This document shows, one piece after another, positions 22,437 to 35,393 of a DNA stretch of 64,000 bases. The DNA is from Mobula birostris. Taxonomy: Eukaryota. Numbering within the stretch: the first letter of the stretch is position 1; each line of letters begins with the position of its first letter. Location of the stretch: assembly GCF_030028105.1 (NCBI RefSeq), contig NC_092402.1, positions 33,154,843 to 33,218,842 of the forward strand. The letters are read 5' to 3'. The notes under the pieces were generated by a model that saw only the letters and a program-made list of their open reading frames with translations, ran no database searches and was not told the DNA's origin. Both the position numbers and the translations under genes were made by a program.

Positions 22437-24240
22437 TACATAAGAACATAAGAAATAGAAACAGGAGTAGGCCATCTGGCCCATCGAGCCTGTTCCGCCA
22501 TTCAATAAGGTCATGGCTGATCTGGCCATGGACTCATCTCCACTTACCTGCCTTTTCCCCATAATCCTTAATTTCCTCCTCACCTCTGTCCTAAATCTGT
22601 TCCTCTGAATCTAGGGGCTACGTCCCTTAGTTCTAGTCTCATCTACCAGTGGAAACAACCTTCCTGCTTCTATCTTATCTATCCCTTTCATAATTTTATA
22701 TGTTTCTATATCATCTCCTCTTATTCTTCTGAATTCCAGTGAGTACAGTCCCAGGCAACTCAATCTCTCCTCATAGTCTAACCCCCTCATCTCTGGAATC
22801 AACCTGGTGAACCTCCTCTGCACCACCTCCAAAGCCAGTATATCACTCCTCAAGTAAAAAGAACAGAACTGCATGCAGTACTCCAGATGTGGCCTCACCA
22901 GTACCCTATACAGCTGCAGCATAACCTTCCTGCTCTTAAATTCAATCCCTCTAGCAATGAAGGCCAACCTTCTATTTCCCTTCTTGATAGCCTGCTGCAA
23001 CTACAAATCAACCTTTTGTGTTTCATGCACAAGCACTCCCAAGTTCTTCCGCACAGCAGCATGCTGCATTTTTTACCATTTAAACAATAATCTGCTCTTC
23101 TATTTTTCCTTCCAAAGTGGGTGACCTCGCATTTACCAACATATATTCCATCTGCCAGTTCCTTGCCCACTCACTTAACCTATCTATATCTCTCTGCAGA
23201 CTCTCCGTATCTTCTGCACAAATTGCTTTTCCACTCAATTTAGTATCATCAGCAAACTTAGATACACTACACTCATTCCCCTCTTCCAGATCATTTATTT
23301 TCATAATCGGTCTTCCCTTTCTTTATTGCTCGCTTAGTGGTTCTTTGTTGCTTTTTAAAGTTTTCCCATTCGTCCAGTTTCCCACTACTCTTGGTGACTT
23401 TGAAAGCATGAGCTTTTAGTTTGATGCCTTCTTTTATTTCCTTAGTTATCCAAGATTGGCTCTCCCCACCCCCACTGTCCTTGTTTTTAACTGGAATATG
23501 CTTTTGTTGAGCAATGTGAAAAATCTCTTTGAAAGTCTTCCACTGTTCCTCAACCATCCCACCATTTAGCCTGTGTTCCCATTCTACACTGGCCAAATCC
23601 TCCCTCATCCCATTGTAGTCTCCATTGTTTAGGCATAATACAATGGTTTGCACCCTCCATTTTTATGAGAAACTCAATCATACTGTGATCACTCTTTCCA
23701 AGTGAATCCCTAACTACACAATCAACAATTTTACCTTTCTCATTGTACAGAACCAGATCTAAGATAACATGTTCCCTTGTAAGTTCAGTAACGTGCTATT
23801 CCAGAAAGCCTTCATGAATGCATTCTATGAAGTCCTCCTCAAGACTGCCTCAACCAACTTGATTCACCCATTCTATGTGCAAGTCAAAGTTCCCCATGAT
23901 AATTGCTGTTCCATTCTTACATGCCTCAGATATTTCTCGCTTATTGCCTGTGCCACTGTAATATTATTATTCGGTGGCCGATAGACAACTCCCACCAGTG
24001 TTTTTTTTCCCCCTTTACTATTCCTAATCTCTACGCAGATGCATTCAACATTCTGCTCCTTAGATCTTATATCGTCTCTCACTATCTCCCTGATCTCATC
24101 TTTAATTAAGAGCACCACCCCACTTCCCTTACCTTCCTGCCCATCATTCTGTATTACCTGATATCCTTGGATATTTAATTCCCAATCCTCTCCACCCTGC
24201 AACCACATCTCTGTAATAGCCACTAAATCATACCCCTTTG
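22437..24240 (-). mobile_element. CR1 ORF2 remnant with internal deletions
   Basis: Minus ORFs AITEMWLQG..YRPP, WITKEIK, INDLEEG..KFADD, LVRPHLEYC; tail acataagaacataag. Confidence 0.9.
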
Positions 24241-24402
24241 CCTATTCAAAAGAGTGTCACAACTGAGATCTGGCAAGGACAATTGAGTGAGATGAGTCAT
24301 TATTTGGTGAAGTTGCAATGCAAGTCTATTGCTATTAAGGAAACTTAAAATGACTTATCATGCCAGACATTGATCTATAGTATACCATCAGGTAGTCTTC
24401 CA

Positions 24403-24488
24403 TTCACAAACAAGAGAAAATCTGCAGATGCTGGAAATCCAAGCAACACACACAACGTGCTGTTGCTCCAGCATTTTGTATGTGCTGG
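24403..24488 (-). mobile_element. Miniature PLE-derived fold-back remnant
   Basis: PLE tail (aaaatctgcagatgctggaaat) plus a short inverted arm; imperfect TSD tcag(g/a)tagtctt(c/g)ca at 24388-24402 and 24489-24503. Confidence 0.6.
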
Positions 24489-25224
24489 TCAGATAGTCTT
24501 GCAGTGTTATACTGAGAATGGAGAAATTAGTGAAAGGAAATTGTATAAGGAGATTTCAGATATTTTTTCTCAACAGGCGAATTACCTGGATCACCTGGAT
24601 CAACAGGTGAATTACCAGCTTGAATGGGTCTTTTTGAGGAAGATGATCATGTGGAAAAATATATAAAGTAGCCTTATCACTTGCCAACAAGAAATGAAAA
24701 TGAATGACTTAAGGATGAAATTTTCTTTTTGAAGAATGAACAGATGGAAAAGCAATGACTGATGTCTGATTGGGTCATACCGAAAATGCTGTTTTTGAAA
24801 GAGTGGCACAATATTTTTAGAGATGAACAGAGACACAATGGAATACTCAGATCTGGCAAGGACAGGGGAGTGTATATTGTATTCAGCTGGCAACTCAGTC
24901 CCTGTTGAACAAGTCCTTAAATACACAACTCAGTGTTTTGATAGTGAAGACTATCTTGTTTGTACAGGTAAATTTTGACCTTGACTGTGCAACCTTCCAT
25001 GATAAACTGTTAAAAGACAGGAGGGCCTTACAGGTTTGTTTCTAAAGGAAAACACAATCCACTGGAGCAGGAGGGCAGTCTATTCGAAAGTGCTATAGAT
25101 ACTTCATTGCAAATATTTCTTTGTTTTGTTTTTCTTATTATTAATATCATTATGATTAGTTGAATATTTTAATGTTTTGATAACAACTGAGATGTTTCAA
25201 CTTTATTTCTGTTTTCCTTCATAC

Positions 25225-25626
25225 ACAGAGCATAGAGCAGTACAGAACAGTCCAGGCCCTTTGCTGACCCTTTAACCTTCTCCAACATCTATCTAATCCT
25301 TCACTCCCACATGGATCTTCATTTTTCTTTCATGCATGTGCCTATCTAAGAGTTTCTTAAATATCTCTAATGTATCTACCTCTACCACCATCCTTAGCAG
25401 TGCATTCTACATGCCTATCACTCTCTGCACGTAAAAAAAAGGTCTGACTTTCCTCCAAACACCTTAGATTTATGACCCCTTGTATTAGCTATTTTTCTCC
25501 TGGGAAAAGTCTCTAGCTGTCCATTCGATTTATGCCTCTTATCGTCTTGCACACCTCTATCAAGTCACCTCTCAACTTCCTTCACTTCAAAGAGAAAAGC
25601 GCTAGCTCCCTCAACCTTTCCTCATA
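25225..25626 (-). mobile_element. Old CR1 3' fragment
   Basis: catagagcagtacag tail and caagtcacctctc (RGDL) segment, like 48778-49345. Confidence 0.75.
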
Positions 25627-25999
25627 AATTTTATTTTCAACAATTTCATTTAATGAAGATGTGAAGATCAGCTGGAGGTGGGAGTTGAGTTGAGGTGCGA
25701 CTTCCCAGTTTTCAAAAGTCTGCACCTGGGGTGGGGGTGCCATGTATGACTTCCATACAGTCAGCTCCGGAGGTCAGTTTTGAGCCTGGATTGTTGTACT
25801 GTGGGGAAGAGAAGTCATCGTTGGTGAGTATTTGACCAAGGCCATCAATCTGAGTGAAGATGGAGAAATGGAGGAGATGGATGGCAAGGTTAATGAGAGA
25901 AAGATTACAGAGAGTCCAGAAACAACAGGAGTAGTAGGTCATCTTTGTCACATTCTCATTGACTGTCATTAGTGATTTTAATTAACAACATTTCTAAAT

Positions 26000-27220
26000 G
26001 ACATGCTTAAGATATGAGCTGGCCTTCATCAGTCAGGACACTGAGTATATAAGTTGGGATGTAATATTGACAAGACGTTCATATGGCCACAACTGGAATA
26101 TCAGTTTTGATTACCCCCCCCCCCATTATAGGAATGATGCCATTAATATAGAAAGAGTGCAGAAAACTTTTATGAGGATATTGCCAAGACTCAAGTGATA
26201 GAGTTACTGAGAGAGGTTGAGCAGCTAGTACTTTATTCTTGGAGCATAGGAGAATGAGGGGTGATCTTACAGGGGTGTATAAAAAGCATGAGGGGACCTA
26301 CGAGGGGTAATTGATAAGTTTGTGGCCTAATGTAGAAGGAGTCAATTTTAGAAAACCTAGCACATTTATTTTTCCTACACTTAGTCCAGCGGTTGTGGAG
26401 TATACAGATCCTTTCTTTGTCTTGGACCTCCAGAAGTGGTCCACACACGGGGTGATTGATAAGTTCATGGCCTAAGGTAGAAGGAGATGAGTTATTAACT
26501 TCAAACTTTCTGCATAATCACTCAAAGAGTTGAACTGCACGTGCATGTAACGAGAGCTGTATAACACATCTCCTTCTACCTTAGGCCACGAACGTATCAA
26601 TCACCCCTGCTGTGGACCCCCTAGAGGTCCAAGACGCACGTGCAGTACAACTCTTTGAGTGAGTATGCAGAAAGTTTGAAGTTAATAACTCATCTCCTTC
26701 TACCTTGGGCCACGAACATATTAATTACCCCTGCTGTGGCCCACTTCTACAAAGAAGGGATCCGTATGCTCCACGACCACTGGACTAAGTGTGTACATGT
26801 AGGAGGGGCCTATGTTGAAAAATAAATGCGCTAGGTTTTCTAAAATTGACACCATCTACCTTAGGCCACGAACTTATCAATCACCCCTCGTAGATAGGGG
26901 TGATGCAGAAGCATTTTCCCCTCAGAATACAGGAATCAGAATTAGAGGACATAAGTCAGGTTACAGTGGAGGTATTTAATACGAACTTGAAGAGTACCAT
27001 TTTTACATAGAAGATAGTCTATATATGGAATGAGTTGCCAATGGTTGAGGCAGACACCTTAACGACATTTAAAAGAACTATGGACAGGTAAATAGATAGG
27101 AAAAGTTTAGAGGGATGTGGGTTAAACGCAGGCGAATGACACTAGATTAAACAGGCATCTTGGCTGGCATGGATTGGTTGAGTCGAAGGGCCCGTTTTCG
27201 TGCTGTGTGACTCTATGACT
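26000..27220 (+). mobile_element. Old CR1 3' fragment hosting a mariner MITE
   Basis: ERVQKTFMRILP, then gaggggaccTA|gatagg split by the MITE, then a CR1 3'UTR ending gtgctgtgtgactctatgac. Confidence 0.8.
26301..26890. mobile_element. Mariner-derived MITE with nested TIRs
   Basis: TA TSD at 26299-26300 and 26891-26892; TIR cgaggggtgattgataagttcgtggcctaaggtaga; contains the mariner transposase C-terminus FYKEGIRMLHDHWTKCVHVGGAYVEK*. Confidence 0.9.
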
Positions 27221-27589
27221 CATTGAGTTTATTGGTAACAGGGGAGAATCAGATCCTGTTCACCACCACCTCACCCTCCCCTTTCACTGTTGCCTTGCTC
27301 TGCTATTATCTTTACTAATGCCTCGAAGAAGCTGAAAAACATTGTTCGCTCATCTTCTGCAATACATCGTGAAAACATTGCATCTGCCTTTTACTCAGCT
27401 GTGTTATAATTAAATAGCCAAAAAAAACATTTTTTAAAAAAATTGTTGATTTTGTACGTTATGTTCACTTCTACATTTAACTGTATTCTTCAGTTTCTAT
27501 AGTTCCAGTTTACAGATATCAATGGGTCCATAATCATGTCATTGAAACCATTTTTGTAGAAGACCAATTTTTAACTGAGGTTAGATTTT

Positions 27590-29300
27590 CAGACGTTTTA
27601 ACTATCGCATCAAATTATCGTTCAGTCCACGATCGGATAGGCTGCACAAGTACAAACATTTACTGTAAATCATGGCTTCCCGAGCACCCTGACAGCCGGC
27701 GCGATCTTTGACAATTTTCTTGATTTCGTGAGGTAATGAGTTAAATGTGAACAGCGGTGATCCGTCTGGGCGGCTTGAGACCTGCGAAGTGCGGAGAGTA
27801 TGTAATTGTGTCCGGAAGAGCAGTGTGCTCCGTGCGCAGGTTTGAAGGACAGGCGTGTACTGGGTGTGGAGGAGCTGGAGGGAGAGACGGCGAACTCAGA
27901 ATCACTGAGCAACTAACACTACCTTTGAAATAGACATGGCGCCTTGTGCTCCCCGTCCGTTTCAGCCTGGCGTTTACTTTCTCTTGTCAGCTGCCGTGTC
28001 GATCTCCTCTGCTTTTAACATCGATGTGACGAACCCGATCATTAAGAAGGGTCCAGCCGACAGCTACTTCGGATATTCGGTTGCTTTGCATCGACAGCTG
28101 AAAAATCAGGATCGCTACCTGTAAGTGCATTGTGGAGATCATAAGTGAGAGTGGAGCTAAGGTTTGCTCGTGTCTTTTACGGGACAGGGTAGTTTTGTTT
28201 TAATACAACAGGTGAAATGTGAAAACGAGAACGACCGGCGTAACTAGTCATCTGGTCGTTCAGCTTTAAAAGAAGAATTTTATTGCCTGCGGGCCGAATC
28301 ACCTCGGCTTTTATTAACTTTCATTATAACATAAAGGCGAGTAACATGTCCAAATCCGCTGGAGCAGAGCAGTCCTGGCTCGCGTTATAAATGAGTGGGG
28401 ATGAGTTTTATGCAATGAAATGTGCATGCATTGTTTTACTCAAATAAACCATTTGTTGCTCGTGATCGGAGCTGGAGACGTAAACTTGATTCAGCGGCAG
28501 CAGCAGATGGGTGGTGGGTCTGTTGCGAATTCCTTCAAGGTTGCTTCTACGTGTTTAAAACAAAACCCTTCAGCCCCACACAGGCGCCGCCAGTTTTAGT
28601 TTTAGTTTTGACAGAATGGTTAGATCTGAATTATACATCGACAGTTCTTTGTAAAACTTTTATTTATCCTCCCCCCCCCCACCCCCGGAGTTCCTTTCAA
28701 TTGTTACACATCGTACGGAGTCCTCTCGGGACGACCCGGATCACGCAGAAACATTTCAGGGCAGTTGGTGTTTCGTGGGAAAACACATCTTATGAATGTT
28801 GCTTTCACTTGAATAGCAGTTTACAGAGACGTAATAGGAACGAAAGAACATTTAAGACATGGGATTTCCCAATCAGAATTTGGAAAAACATGGGATTGCT
28901 TCTGTTAGTATTGAGGTTTCTGAACAATGTACATCATTTTACCGCAGAGCTCACAACCACTCTGCGGCTGATTCCAGTTTCTTTTGTAAGAGGGTGAAAT
29001 GTGTTGCATGCTGGTGCAGCCCCGAAACGGTTAACGAGACTGCGCCAACTCTCAGAGAAAGTAGAAGGAATTTTGTCTACCGCCCTGAGGAGCTCAATTT
29101 AACGTTCGCCCGGAGTACTTGGGGGGGGGGGGGGTTGCAGGTGAGCGCTGGTCACGGAGATCCATTGGACACCTGTAACTCAAGGTCAAATTTCCTCCGT
29201 GGTTGTGCGCACTCGAGCGCCGAACCCATTGTGATTGAACTTCACGCAACAGCTCCATTTTGCTTAAGCTGCGTCCTGCCATAATAAGATAAAGACCTTA
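27590..29300 (+). promoter_or_regulatory. CpG-enriched promoter/first-exon region of the integrin alpha gene
   Basis: CpG density is visibly higher than in the CpG-depleted flanks, and the region is repeat-free. An ETS-type CCGGAAG lies at 27812-27818. Confidence 0.65.
27936..28120 (+). CDS. itga3: Integrin alpha (laminin-binding group, best match alpha-3) coding exon 1: signal peptide and start of the beta-propeller
   Basis: gacATGg Kozak context; hydrophobic signal peptide; mature N-terminus FNID...FGYSVALHRQ...RYL (cf. ITGA3 FNLD..FGYSVALHRQTERQQRYL); phase-2 donor CT|gtaagt at 28121. ITGA7/ITGA6 are not fully excluded. Confidence 0.82.
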
Positions 29301-30799
29301 TCAGCAAGGAATTCCTTTGTAGAATTTTTTTTTGCTGAGGGGGATGGGTGATGTTGCATATTTGACTTAGGCGCTACATGTCATACTCTGGATTGGCCGT
29401 GTTTAACTCGAGTTGCGCAGATTTACTTAATATTCAGATGGGGAGACTTGGAGGGGTAGTTCCCATTATTTCTGAATTTTATTAATCTGAATCTGCATTG
29501 TCAGATGCGATTAGCGTTGAAACAGACAACGATTTCTTCTGCATTGCAAGTGGCACATCAGAATATTACCCCATGCTTCTTTTCCTGGCATCAATTTAAA
29601 GATCTGAAGAAATATAAGATCTAATTTGCTCGATGAACTATTCACTCAACTCACGCCAGATAACAAATTTCATTCTTAACGTGCCACTAATGTATCAAGG
29701 CGAAAAGGTTGCATCCTTCTTTGTTGGGACACACTTCCTTTCTTATTCCTTCTCCTTCCCTTTGTGGAGTAGTTCGCTGAGCAGCTGCTGATGGAGGGTA
29801 ACCGGTAGCTCCACCTTAGAGGCTGTAGTAGATTATTGAATTTGGACAAAAAAGTTAATGGTGGGCTATTTGAACACAGGAGTACTACCAGTGTCAGGGA
29901 ACATTGGGATCCTGTGGTAGTTGAGGTATTCAACCTTGTGATCATCAAAGCAATCCTGATCCTCCTCTCAGCCAATCTTCACAAATGGACATCAGTGCCT
30001 AAAAGATGAAGGACCTCAAGGATGTGAACACCTCTGGGTGTATGTTGGAAATCCCCTGTGTAGTTGGTTTACATACATTACCTCTGTTGTGTTTAGGACC
30101 AGTTAATCCATTCTTCCAAAAGCAGTCTAACTCTAGCCCACATGTATACCCCAGTGCTTAAGGTGTTGATAGAAAGTGCCCACACAACCGAGTTTCTACA
30201 CTCTTCCCATACCTCTTTGAATTACACACCAGAAATTCACCCCTGATCTTGCCTGCCCAGCTCAGATAAGATTTTGCTGAGCAAAAGAGAAAGCTAAAAT
30301 AAATTTATTTTTGTTTTGGAAACTCCACAACATGCAAAGTGAAAATGTACCACAGAAAATAATTTAGTTGATCTGTGGCTTTTCACACTGCTATGATTTC
30401 ACCATATTACTTGATTATTTCTGCTGCAACCACCTGTCTTACGTCAGCTATTTAGTTATGTATTCATCATCGACCTGAGTTGTGGAGAAATATTATGTGA
30501 TAAATGAAAGTAATGTCCAACCCTTATTTGCTTCTCTGCTACAGGTAGTGATTCGTTATTCATTGCTGGCAACCTGCCACTTCAAGGAACTGACCATTCT
30601 TTCTGAGTGAATTGAAAAATAGAATAGCAGCAAATCATTTGAATGTCAAAGGCATCATGATCTGATATATTTGTATGCATTCTTATCAATAATAGGATCT
30701 GAATAGTGTTTTAAATAACTTACAGCCTTTTCAACATCATTTATATTTAATTTCTTAGGAGATATAGTATGTGTGGACATTCTTTTGCATAGATTTCAG

Positions 30800-32245
30800 A
30801 ATAGCTGAAGCCCAAGCACCAATTCTGTGGTAACCCACTAGTCACAACTTGCCAACCTGAAGACCCATTAACTCTCATTCTTTGCTTTCTGTCCAATAAT
30901 CCATGTTAGTATTTTTGCCTCCCAATACTGTGTGTACTGGTTGACCAATCTTTTTTTGGCCCCTTATCAAAAGTCTTTGAAGATCCAAATGTACCACATC
31001 CACTGGTTCCAATTATCTATTCTACCAGTCGCATCCTTAAGGAACTGCAGATGTTTAGTTAAACATGATTTTTCTTTCACAATTGCACGTTGACTCTGTT
31101 ACTTACTCTTTTCTAGGTTTTTGGCTATTACCTCCTTCTTTAGGATTCCACTATTTTCCCTGATAAAGTCAGTCATCCCTGTTTTCTTTCTCCCTCTCAG
31201 ATTGTGTGGTCACATTTGTTGTCCTCTAATCTATAGTATTTTGGAAGATAATAACCAAAACATTCACTTCCTTTATGACCACCTTTTTCAGAATGTTAGG
31301 ATGTAGAACATCAGATCCTTGGGATTATTCATCTTTCAAGCTCACAAAACTATTTTTGACAAAGACTATTTCCTTCAGTTTCTCATCCTTACTAGGTCTA
31401 TGGTTCCCTAATATCTCTGGCATGTTACCTGTGTCCTCAGTTAAGACAGACACAAAGTAGTCAAATTCTTCCACGATTTCTTTGTTCCCTATTATAAATT
31501 CCCTCACTGTAAATGACTCATTTGCACGTAATAGTCTTTTTTTCTTGGATACTTGGAGAGCTTTATTAGTCCATTTTTATGTTTCTCTCCAGTCCACTCT
31601 TGTATTTTTTTTATCTTGGCTCTTTTTTGATCAGCTTCCTAGTCCTCCTTAACTGAGTTCTAAAATGTTCCCATTCTCTGGCTTTTTGTTACTTCTGGCA
31701 ATTTTATAGGCCTTCTCCTTTGATTTACTGCTATCTTTATTTTTTCCTTGTCAGCCACAGATGAATCACTTTTCTTTTTTTTTTGCCTTAAAGAAACCTA
31801 TGCATTTTTAAGTGCTCATTATTGCCTGCCCACAGCAAAACCTTTCAGTATAGTATCGCAATCAACTTTTCCCTCATATCTTCATTTTTTTTGTTAAGAT
31901 TTAAGATTCTAGTTTCACGTTGAACTGTTTCAGTTTCAAACGCAATGCAAGATTTTATCCTATTGTGGTCATTATTCCCTCACCCTCTCATTGCACCATA
32001 TGAGATTGAAAATAGTCTTCACTCTAGTTGGTTCTCCAGCCTCTAGAAAACCATATCATACACCTTCTATGATCCATACACTTTTTCAGTGGTCATTTGT
32101 TTTATCCATGTTAAAGTCATCTATGACTATTACTTCTGTTACATGCACATTTAATATCCTGGTTTATGCTTTGCTCAGTATTATAAACTACTATTTGGTG
32201 GCTGATAAATAATAACCACCAATGTCTTTTGCCATTTGCTCTTTC
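30800..32245 (-). mobile_element. Old CR1 ORF2 remnant
   Basis: EFIIGNKEIVEEFDYFVSVLTED resembles CR1 ELIMGSKDMADQLNNYFGSVFTKED; reverse complements of the GVPQ and DFQK regions are present. Confidence 0.75.
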
Positions 32246-32254
32246 TTAAAGCTG

Positions 32255-32545
32255 TGTGTTGCCATCACTGCCTAAGCTGAGCTATTGCTGAAACGTTCAT
32301 CCATGCCTCTGTTGCCTTCAAACTTGACTACTGATTTCCTAGCTAGCCCTTCTACCTTGTACCCTCAGCTTTCACAAACTGGTTTGTACCACATCCTAGT
32401 CTGCCATCATTTCTACACAATGATGGTAAATAGAATGTGGCTCCCAGTTTTACAATTCCTCAGCTTTAGCACTTCACTTTATTTGCAAATCCTTCCAAGG
32501 CCTTGTCCTTACCATATGCTGTCTCTTGACTCTTTCCTTCACTGA
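32255..32545 (+). mobile_element. Old L2-like fragment
   Basis: gctgaaacgttcatccatgcctctgttgccttcaaacttgactac = AETFIHASVAFKLDY, cf. L2 AETLIHAFVTSRLDY. Confidence 0.6.
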
Positions 32546-33644
32546 CAGCCTCTTAGAACTCTATACATTTTATGGTACAGAAGGAGGTCATTCAGCCCAT
32601 CTTGGCAGTAGTGGCTGAGGAAGTGCTATTTATTCTTATTTAAAAACCAGTCCTTCGTACATAGCATTTGAGAATGCAGTTTATCAAGAACATACATGAC
32701 TACATAATAAAAGTGAAGGTTTCTCCCTCCACCATGTCTTTGGGATTTCTCCCAACACATCTTCATCCCTCTGTTTCTCCTCTTCCTACAAATCTACATT
32801 GTAGTCGAATTCTTAGATCAATCTGAATTCATTTTTATGCAACTTTGTGTTACGTTTTGTCTGGTAATGTGGTATGCATTCCTATCACCTACCATTTTGA
32901 TGTACGCTAACCTTTTTAAAGGTGACAAACCATCTATAAGGTTAACATCACTTATCATCTTGAATTTCGGGTCATTTCCAAAGTCACAAACATTCATTTA
33001 TAAAAATAGAGCAAGTCGCAGAATACAGGTTGGGAGGATGTACTGCATTAAAGGTGCTCAATAAAATGAAATAAATACATGTTCAAACCATTAATTCACA
33101 ACCCAGCAGTTTGAGGATTAATCTTAGCTGCTGCTGAATTTTAAAAATCTGCACTTTTTTTTCATTGGGATTTGAAGCTGACAATTCTGAGCCAGTCACT
33201 GCACAAGCTGACCCATAATCCTTCAGTTTTCATGCAGGTCAGTGAACAGCCTCTAGTAACTAGCTAGCTTAAGGCAGAGTTAGCTCTTTATCAATCCGAA
33301 AGTGGGGAGAGTCTGTCATATTTCCTTTTGGTCACCTTATGTTGGATTGAATCTAATGATTTCTAATAATTGAAATAATAAGTGGACTGTTACTTTTGTA
33401 CTGTCAAAAATGACTACTTAGAGTGTCTTGAACAATTGTTAAGGAAATCAGTTAGCTTGAAGAAAGTGTGGAAGCAGCCTTCATGGTCAGTGGAAAGCTG
33501 AACACTGTAGGATTTTAAGAAATGTAAACTAAATCAGGCCAACTTGTAGATGTTTCTTCCATTAGCTATACGGGTCACTTTTAGGTTGCCCAAGATCATG
33601 GAAGATGCTATATTACTGCAAAACTGTCTTTTATGGAGTATAAA

Positions 33645-34640
33645 GTCAGAACAACACAGCATAGAAACAGGTCTTTTAGCCCAGCTGGCTTATGCCAATC
33701 ACAGCACCTTCCCTGCCAGTCCCACTTACCTGCATTTGGCCCATAACCCTCCAAGCTCCTCCACTCCAGGTATCTGTCCATATGCCTTTTAAATGTTGCA
33801 ATTGTTCCCGTCTTCACTACTTCCTCCGGCAGCTCATGCTGGGTACTCACTACACTCAGTGTAAGGAAGTTACTTCTCAGGTTTATTTTAAATCTTCCTT
33901 TTTATCTTGTATCTCTGTCTTCTAGTTTTGGTCTTCCCATGAGTTTATAAACTTCTGTGAGGCCACCCTTCATTCTCCTGTGCTCTTGGGAATAAAGATC
34001 CAACATGGCCAAACTTCCCCTATAATTTGGGCACTCTAGTCCAGATCTCTTCTGCATCCTCTCTAGCTTGAGTCTTTCCTATAAAAGTGTGACCAAAACT
34101 ATACATAATTCTCCAACAGTGGTTTCACTGATGGCTTGTATAATTACAACATAATATCACTACCCCTAAACCCAGTCCTCCGATTGATGACAGCCAACAC
34201 GCTAAATGCCTTCTTCACTACCCTGTCTACTTGTGTGACTACTTTCAACAAACTGTGCACTTGTACTCACAGGTCCCCTGTTTCAAAACCAGTCCTGCCA
34301 TTCACTCTATAAGTCCTACTCTGATCTGAATGTCCAAAATGTCTCATCTCACACTTATCTAATTTGAAAACTATTTACCATTCCTCAGCTCATCTCTCTA
34401 ACTGAGCAGGATCTCTTAGTAATTCATTGTAACCTGCTTCACCCCCTAATTGTGTATCGTCAGCAAATTTGCTAATCATGCCATGTACATTCATATCCAA
34501 ATTAGGTGCATAAATGATAAATGACAGAGGTCCTAACACTGACCCCCGGGCACCTATTTAATCACAGGCCTCCAATCACAGAAACCAACCTTCAACCATC
34601 ACTCTCTGTTTCCTATCATCAGGTCAATTCTGATTCTGCC
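33645..34640 (-). mobile_element. Old CR1 3' fragment (donor of the inverted duplication at 35127)
   Basis: ELPEEVVKTGTIATFKRHMDRY and a CR1 3'UTR. Confidence 0.8.
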
Positions 34641-34961
34641 TTGCTAGTACTAAATTGTGGATGTTGATGTTGTTTCAGAAAAATAAACCCTCTGAACACC
34701 TAGGCAAATAAACAGTTCATATAATGTAACACGTATTGTCTTTTTTCATTAAGGAGATTGCAATGTGGTGATTTGCAACACAATGTCAAATTCTACTTAA
34801 AGCATGGAATTGCTCAATTAGTGTTAGAAGCTTGAACTTGCATGTTACAGGTCCAACCATTTATAAACCTGCATATAGTTTTATCATTATATTACTAACT
34901 TTTCTGAACCGGATTGTGCAATCTGTTCTACTTTTATAAATCAACGTTTGTGACATTGGAA

Positions 34962-35126
34962 AAGATAGATAGATATACTTTATTGATCCCGAGGGAAATT
35001 GGGTTTCGTTACAGCCGCACCAACCGAGAATAGGGCATAAATATAGCAATACAAAAACCACAAACAATCAAACAACAAAATGCAAACTATGCCAGATGGA
35101 AAATAAGTCCAGGACCAGCCTATTGG
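34962..35126 (-). mobile_element. Short Rex1-like LINE 3' end
   Basis: Minus strand ends tgtaacgaaacccaatttccctcgggatcaataaagtatatctatctatc, a Rex1-type 3' terminus with a tandem tail. Confidence 0.7.
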
Positions 35127-35393
35127 AGCTAGAGAGGATGCAGAAGAGATCTGGACTAGAGTGCCCAAGTTATAGGGAAAGTTTGGCCATGTTGGATCTT
35201 TATTCCCAAGAGCACAGGAGAATGAAGGGTGGCCTCACAGAAGTTTATAAACTCATGGGAAATCCAAAACTAGAAGACAGAGATACAAGATAAAGAGGAA
35301 GATTTAAAATTCCTTACACTGAGTGTAATGAGTACCCAGAATGAGCTGCCAGAGGAAGTAGTGAAGACGGGAACAATTGCAACATTTAAAAGG
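35127..35393 (+). repeat. Inverted duplication of 33785-34068
   Basis: Reverse-complement match over ~267 bp with about 8 substitutions and one ~17-bp deletion. Confidence 0.92.

Noticed and set aside
24571-24616. Short direct repeats caacagg(c/t)gaattacc and cctggatca x2
   Set aside because: Small local slippage duplication with no further structure.
26301-26890. Repeated ~36-bp units resembling a CRISPR-like array
   Set aside because: The repeats are in mixed orientation with TA TSDs and a transposase remnant, so they are mariner TIRs in eukaryotic DNA.
28422-29284. 191-aa and 141-aa ORFs downstream of exon 1
   Set aside because: No recognisable domains; they lie in the CpG-rich start of intron 1 and are likely chance ORFs.
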